Source of the DNA: Tubulanus polymorphus | Taxonomy: Eukaryota; Animalia; Nemertea | Direction: 5' to 3' | Length of the DNA stretch: 64,000 nt | Assembly (NCBI RefSeq): GCF_964204645.1 | Contig: NC_134026.1 | Span: forward strand, 9,447,950-9,511,949 | Shown: piece after piece, positions 59,012 to 64,000 of the stretch | Numbering within the stretch: position 1 is the stretch's first letter | How the letters are laid out: each line of letters starts with the position of its first letter | Made by a program: the position numbers and the translations under genes | Notes under the pieces: model-generated | Told to the model about the DNA's origin: nothing | Databases searched by the model: none | What the model saw: only the letters and a program-made list of their open reading frames with translations

Positions 59012-61041
59012 TTTGATTAAAAGTTACTGATTTTTGTTCCCCCAAAAAATTCTTTTTTTTTGGAAATATTTTCAATACTTTTACAATATGGCCCGTTTTC
59101 ATCCCTGTATCTGCCTGTAATTATTTATACCATTTTCGCTTTTCCCTCTATACACTGGAATAACTTTTGCTATTTTCATACTTGATGGGAAATGTCCATA
59201 ACGAGAGAATTACAATGGTTAGCTGGCCAGCAATTTCTTCTCCGATAGTTCTGATCAAAATATTACATGCACTTAAAGAATAGTGACCACTACTTTTCTT
59301 ACAAGGAAGGTTATTGATAAACCTCAAATCCGTCTCTCTGGAAAAGAAACATCAATGATTCATTAGCTGGTCCGAAATATTTATCACAAGATTAAGCCGT
59401 CTTTTTTATCTGCAATTGTTTTACCAACAGAACTAAAAAAACCATTGAAAGAATTACTAATTATGTTTGCATAACCAACTGTTTTTCCTTTTCCTTGAAT
59501 AAGAAATGATTGGCGTATGGAGGTTTTATCATTATGTTTATTAATTATTACCTATAAGAAATTCCATAATTTTCTGGAGTTGTTTTTAAGTCTAAGCGTA
59601 AAATGACTCGAAAGTTAAGAGCAACCTTTTGAAAATCTCCGCGATAACTGCTGCGAATTGAACGCTGAAATTTCTCATGAATAACCAGTGGGTGGGCGAG
59701 CAGAGTTATCAAGGCGGATTTTTGAATGCCTTCATTTTCGTGGGATGGGGCGTGGGAAATTTTGTATTGCTCGGATCAATGAATGAGTCACTAAAGAGCC
59801 TGTTAGCCAATGCGTGGCAGTAGCTCACGATCAAAGTCGCCGTCAGCCAGTGGTCGGATTCTCAGGCTCAGCCATGTCAGTATCCCCTGAGTGGAAAACA
59901 TTCCATCGCAGGAAGATAACATGCTCAGGATGAACCTAAACATTCAGCAGTGCAGTTTGAGTAGTATGACTGCAGCCAGCTCTGCAAGCCCTTTTGAAAA
60001 CCTGCAAAAGTAGATCATTAATATAAAATGCTCTTTATTGACGGAAAACGTAAAAATCGATGACTTACGTTAAGTCCATAGTTCATCCGAATCGGAGTCA
60101 TCTGACACAGGCACTCCAGGCACTCTGATCAGCTGTAATATTAAAAAAAAACATTTCATTTCAACTGCAAATAGTAAACTTACGTTCAGGTTTCCCTTTG
60201 CTCATTCCTTTTAACCGTTTAGAGTTCGCTTTAAATGGTCGAAATCCCGACTCGCAGTCTGACAGAGTCTTGCCACTCCTGGCAAAGAGAAAATTGATGT
60301 AATGTAATCATACGCTCGGGTCAACAGCCTTCCCCCTACTCATGCTTTTCGGTTCGAATCCCAACTCGTCTCACTGGTCACACTCATTCCGGCACGATTG
60401 GTAATCGGGTGAACCGTAAAAGCATTCATCGCCTGTATTGCATTTCAATGTATATTCAGGTATCGCAACACTGACTTTGTATCTACTACGATGTATGTAT
60501 TATATCGATCAGTTGCAGACAAGCGCGCAACTACTGTTGCAGTGCGTGTACGTGGCGAACAGAGCTGCCAACTATTCTTGATTTTCAGTATTTGTTACTG
60601 ACCTAATTAATTAATAAATATAATTATTACCTGTGAGAGTTAGATCGTTTAATTCCTAGCATGTGTATCCTATGAAAGTGTTGAATGAGTTGTTGTTCGT
60701 ATCGCCTGCCCTTTATACTTTGTTATCTTGATGGTTTGGTTGCTTTATCTGGTCGGGTCGGTCGATGGCTCATTCCAACTGGTTTTTCAAATTTTCCCGC
60801 CTTGTATCCCGGAAAATATGTCATGCCACCATTAATTAGCCTGAATCACGGAAGACTAGTAGTGGCACCTTTATATGTGTCCTTGGAGTGACCTTTTGTC
60901 AAGGTCAACCAAGATTGCCACAGGCCAAGGTAAAGGTTACTTCCAGGTCGCTCCCCGGGTCAAAGGCCAAGCTGCAAATTGACAAGGCAGCTCGCCACAC
61001 TTTTCAGGAAGTTTGAATCTGCCTAGTTGTACTGGGAGTAA

Positions 61042-61823
61042 AGGCTGGCTTATGTCGACAAGCGACGCGACGCCTACCGACGCAACTGACAGCGACCGCG
61101 ATCACAGCCCAGCTTATGTTGACTGCGCTCCGATTCCCGACTAGCGAGATACGAGATCTGCCCAGTTGCTTCCCTGCTTATGTCGGTACGATTACTGGCA
61201 ACTGAACTGACCGCCGATGATCACGTGATACGCATTTTGACAATAGATTTGAATTATCTTTAATTATTGGGAAGTATAATTCCAGAACCTAAGCTATTTC
61301 TTTAAGATCTTATTCTTTCTGATTTCTCTTTTGAATACTATGTGCTAGCGACATCATATAAAGATGGCCGCTCACACCATAATTCTACCAATTTCGTTTC
61401 TAGATCTTCAGTCAATCATCTGCCGTGCTGAAGGTTTGGTTTACGTATGGAACTGCTTGAATTTTGAAAGTTAATGGCTAATTACTAATGACGCCAACTA
61501 GCGGTCATTATCTGTACTATGTATATGCGGTCTCTCATTGGCTGGAATTGCTGCGCTCAGTTCCGTCGCGTCGCAGATGAGCTTATGTCGGTTGCGATCG
61601 AAAGCAACTGTCCGCCTACTGTAGGCCGGAGTAGAACATGGGCAACTAGCCGGATACGACTTGCGACGAGTCGGTAGGCGTCGCGTTGCTGTCGCAAGCC
61701 GGCTTATGTCGAACCGATTGAGGAGCAACTGGCGGCCTCTCGTAGGCCGCTAGTTGCCGCTAATCGGCAATAAACCCAGTTGCGTCGGTAGGCGTCGCGT
61801 TGCTTGTCGACATAAGCCAGCCT
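61042..61823. mobile_element. PIF/Harbinger-type MITE
   Basis: TIR of about 47 bp, aggctggcttatgtcgacaagcgacgcgacgcctaccgacgcaactg, with TAA target duplication on both sides. Confidence 0.85.
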
Positions 61824-62418
61824 TAAGTTTACATCATGAATTGTGAGAAAGTGAATTATGCATTGTGTTGTTTGATGATAATCACAGCAGATCATTGCTT
61901 TAATTACTGTGTACACACTGGATTGGTATTTTATACTGCAATTGTCTTGTTGGCCAGATTAGTTTAAACAATGGTCATAAGTGGGCTATAGGCCTTGTTA
62001 TCATTCCCAAGTGTCTAGACCATTCTTTCTCAATCATTTTGGAGGGCTTAATTATTTGATTGCAAAGAATCAATTAGACATTTACCCAGGAGTTTAGCAA
62101 CGGTTACTTGAAGTTCCTAGTTGGGCTGGTCCGGGACTGTCACCATGTTTCAGTCAGATGCTACTGGAGCAATTCTTTTCCATAATTGATTTGGTGGCTC
62201 AACTTCGCGGAAATTGTGTCAATTAATGGTCAATTTTCATAACATTTTCTAAACACCCGGGGGACATCTGAATTACCATCACCATTTTTATTTGAGCATA
62301 TGATTACATTATAATTAGAAGTTAAACATTTCTTTTATTTCTTCGTCTATCGCCTCCCAATCGTTATTTAAGTTATCGTAATACTCATTACGTTTCATTT
62401 TGTATGATGTTTCATTAA

Positions 62419-62703
62419 CCCTTTCAGTGCTGACTAATCAATACCCTATCGTGCTGCAGATAATTTGAACATTTTAGAAAAATTCTACCCTAGTGTGTTG
62501 AATAACGGATGTACCACTATAGTGCGTCTAAACCGTGGCGCAGAGTATCGTTAGTTTGTTATATTTCACTATGTTTGACAGGTGCTGCCATCTTTCAATA
62601 AAGATAAAAATTAATTACTAATTACATCAATACACCGCAGTACGGTGTACTAGTGAAATCCATCTTCGATTCATACACTGCACTGCGAGCCGCACTGAAA
62701 GGG
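62419..62703. mobile_element. piggyBac-like MITE
   Basis: TTAA|ccctttcagtgc ... gcactgaaaggg|TTAA. Confidence 0.85.
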
Positions 62704-63778
62704 TTAATGAATTCTATGCCTGAGTCTTGGGCTTCGCCCGTTTGTTGTACATACTCTTCTTACATTTTGTTTTCATTTTCAAGTAACAATTCCTGAATAC
62801 TCGCAATCTTATTTATTGACTTTTCAGTTAAATTCTTTCCCCACCCTAGTTGATATGCCCGGCCATAACACGTATTGAATTAGCTTTTCATAGAAACTTT
62901 CACAGAGTTGTGGACCTAACTTTTAACCTTTAAACTTGACCATCAAGAATCTACGCTTTACTGTGACCAGGTCGATGGTCCCGGTGAACCTTGTTATAGG
63001 GTCCAGTTCATTTGTTGTGATTGTGTCATCGTCGGAGAGTTTTTGTTTGGTGCTAAGGGTCTTAACTTCTCACTCCGACTGATACATAGCCAAGATCATC
63101 GACAAAACACTGGAGTAATTCCAAAGGGAATTGCCGGCATCATCCACTTCGAATATCTTGTGGGCAGTGCTCATCTCCCTTGCCCACACACCCTCCGAGT
63201 CTGTCGGCATCATACTGCTGATGTTACGGGGTTGGTGTGTTGATGATGTGCTGATGTTTTCCGAGCAGTGTTTTCCAGCTGCTTTGGTGTCCTGGAATGC
63301 ACGGGAAGGTGGCACCATGATGCCACGTGGACATTTCCCTTAACCTTTACCTTACGTCGAAAGGTTAAAGGTCACCCGGGGTCACTCTCCAAGGTCACGG
63401 CCAAGCTGGAGATTTGCAAGGCAGCACACTGTGGCAAGTGCCCTGTAAATCTCCAGGTAACCTTTGACCCTGTGATGACCTAGGCAGTGGCCATCTTTTT
63501 TACCTTGAACTGACCTTGGTTCAAGGTCACAGTCAGCTACGGATTTGGGAGATAGGGGCCCCTGTTCTAGCCGGGTTAAGGTCGTGGGAAACATCGTGGA
63601 CGTTGTGCTGCTCCTCGTGTACCTCAGGACACCTATTGGATGAAGGTATTCTTCTTTATTGACCTGACCCTACAATTCCTACCCTGACTCTGAGTTGTTG
63701 GGTCCAGGTCTTCTGGATTTCCTCTCCAAAATAGACTCAAACTCAAGACTTTTATTAACCATCATTTTCATTATTTGA

Positions 63779-64000
63779 TTACATAATTAAAAAACCAAAT
63801 ATTTCTCTTATTTCATCATCAGTAGCCTCCCAATTATTGTTAAAGTTATGATAATCTTTACATTTCATCTGCTTGACCATTTCATCTATTTCCATCAAGT
63901 CTATGTCTAGAGCCTGAAGGGCTTCATCATAACTATTATTATTTTCTTGTGGCATTTCTTTGTCATCCTCAAGTAAACATATTGAACATAACTTTTCAAA
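63779..64000 (-). other. Open acidic reading frame running off the window end; unidentified, possibly decayed
   Basis: FEKLCSICLLEDDKEMPQENNNSYDEALQALDIDLMEIDEMVKQMKC...EIREIFGFLIM*; no family recognised. Confidence 0.25.

Overview
AT-rich, intron-containing animal (invertebrate bilaterian-like) genomic DNA. The left 40 kb is a compact cluster of five spliced housekeeping genes, all reconstructed from GT-AG junctions with consistent phases: the last exon of ATG4C/D (+), AK3 (-), PUM3 (+), WDR18 (+) and RNF11 (-). Their introns are full of MITEs, Helitron copies and DINE-1/HINE-like elements. At 41.5-47.6 kb lies a near-complete Tx1-clade non-LTR retrotransposon (ORF1 RRM-like + CCHC; ORF2 APE-RT-zinc finger, one internal stop). 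Its 33-nt poly(A) tail is joined exactly to nucleotide 22 of a U4 snRNA gene, the first of a four-copy tandem U4 array (47.6-53.5 kb). This is the best candidate for an undescribed system: a possible U4-snRNA-targeting retrotransposon. The element's 5' flank is an inverted copy of the U4 spacer, and the spacer carries a copy of the element's 3' tail. The right 10 kb is transposon debris with no confidently identified gene. All identifications come from motif recognition, not database searches.
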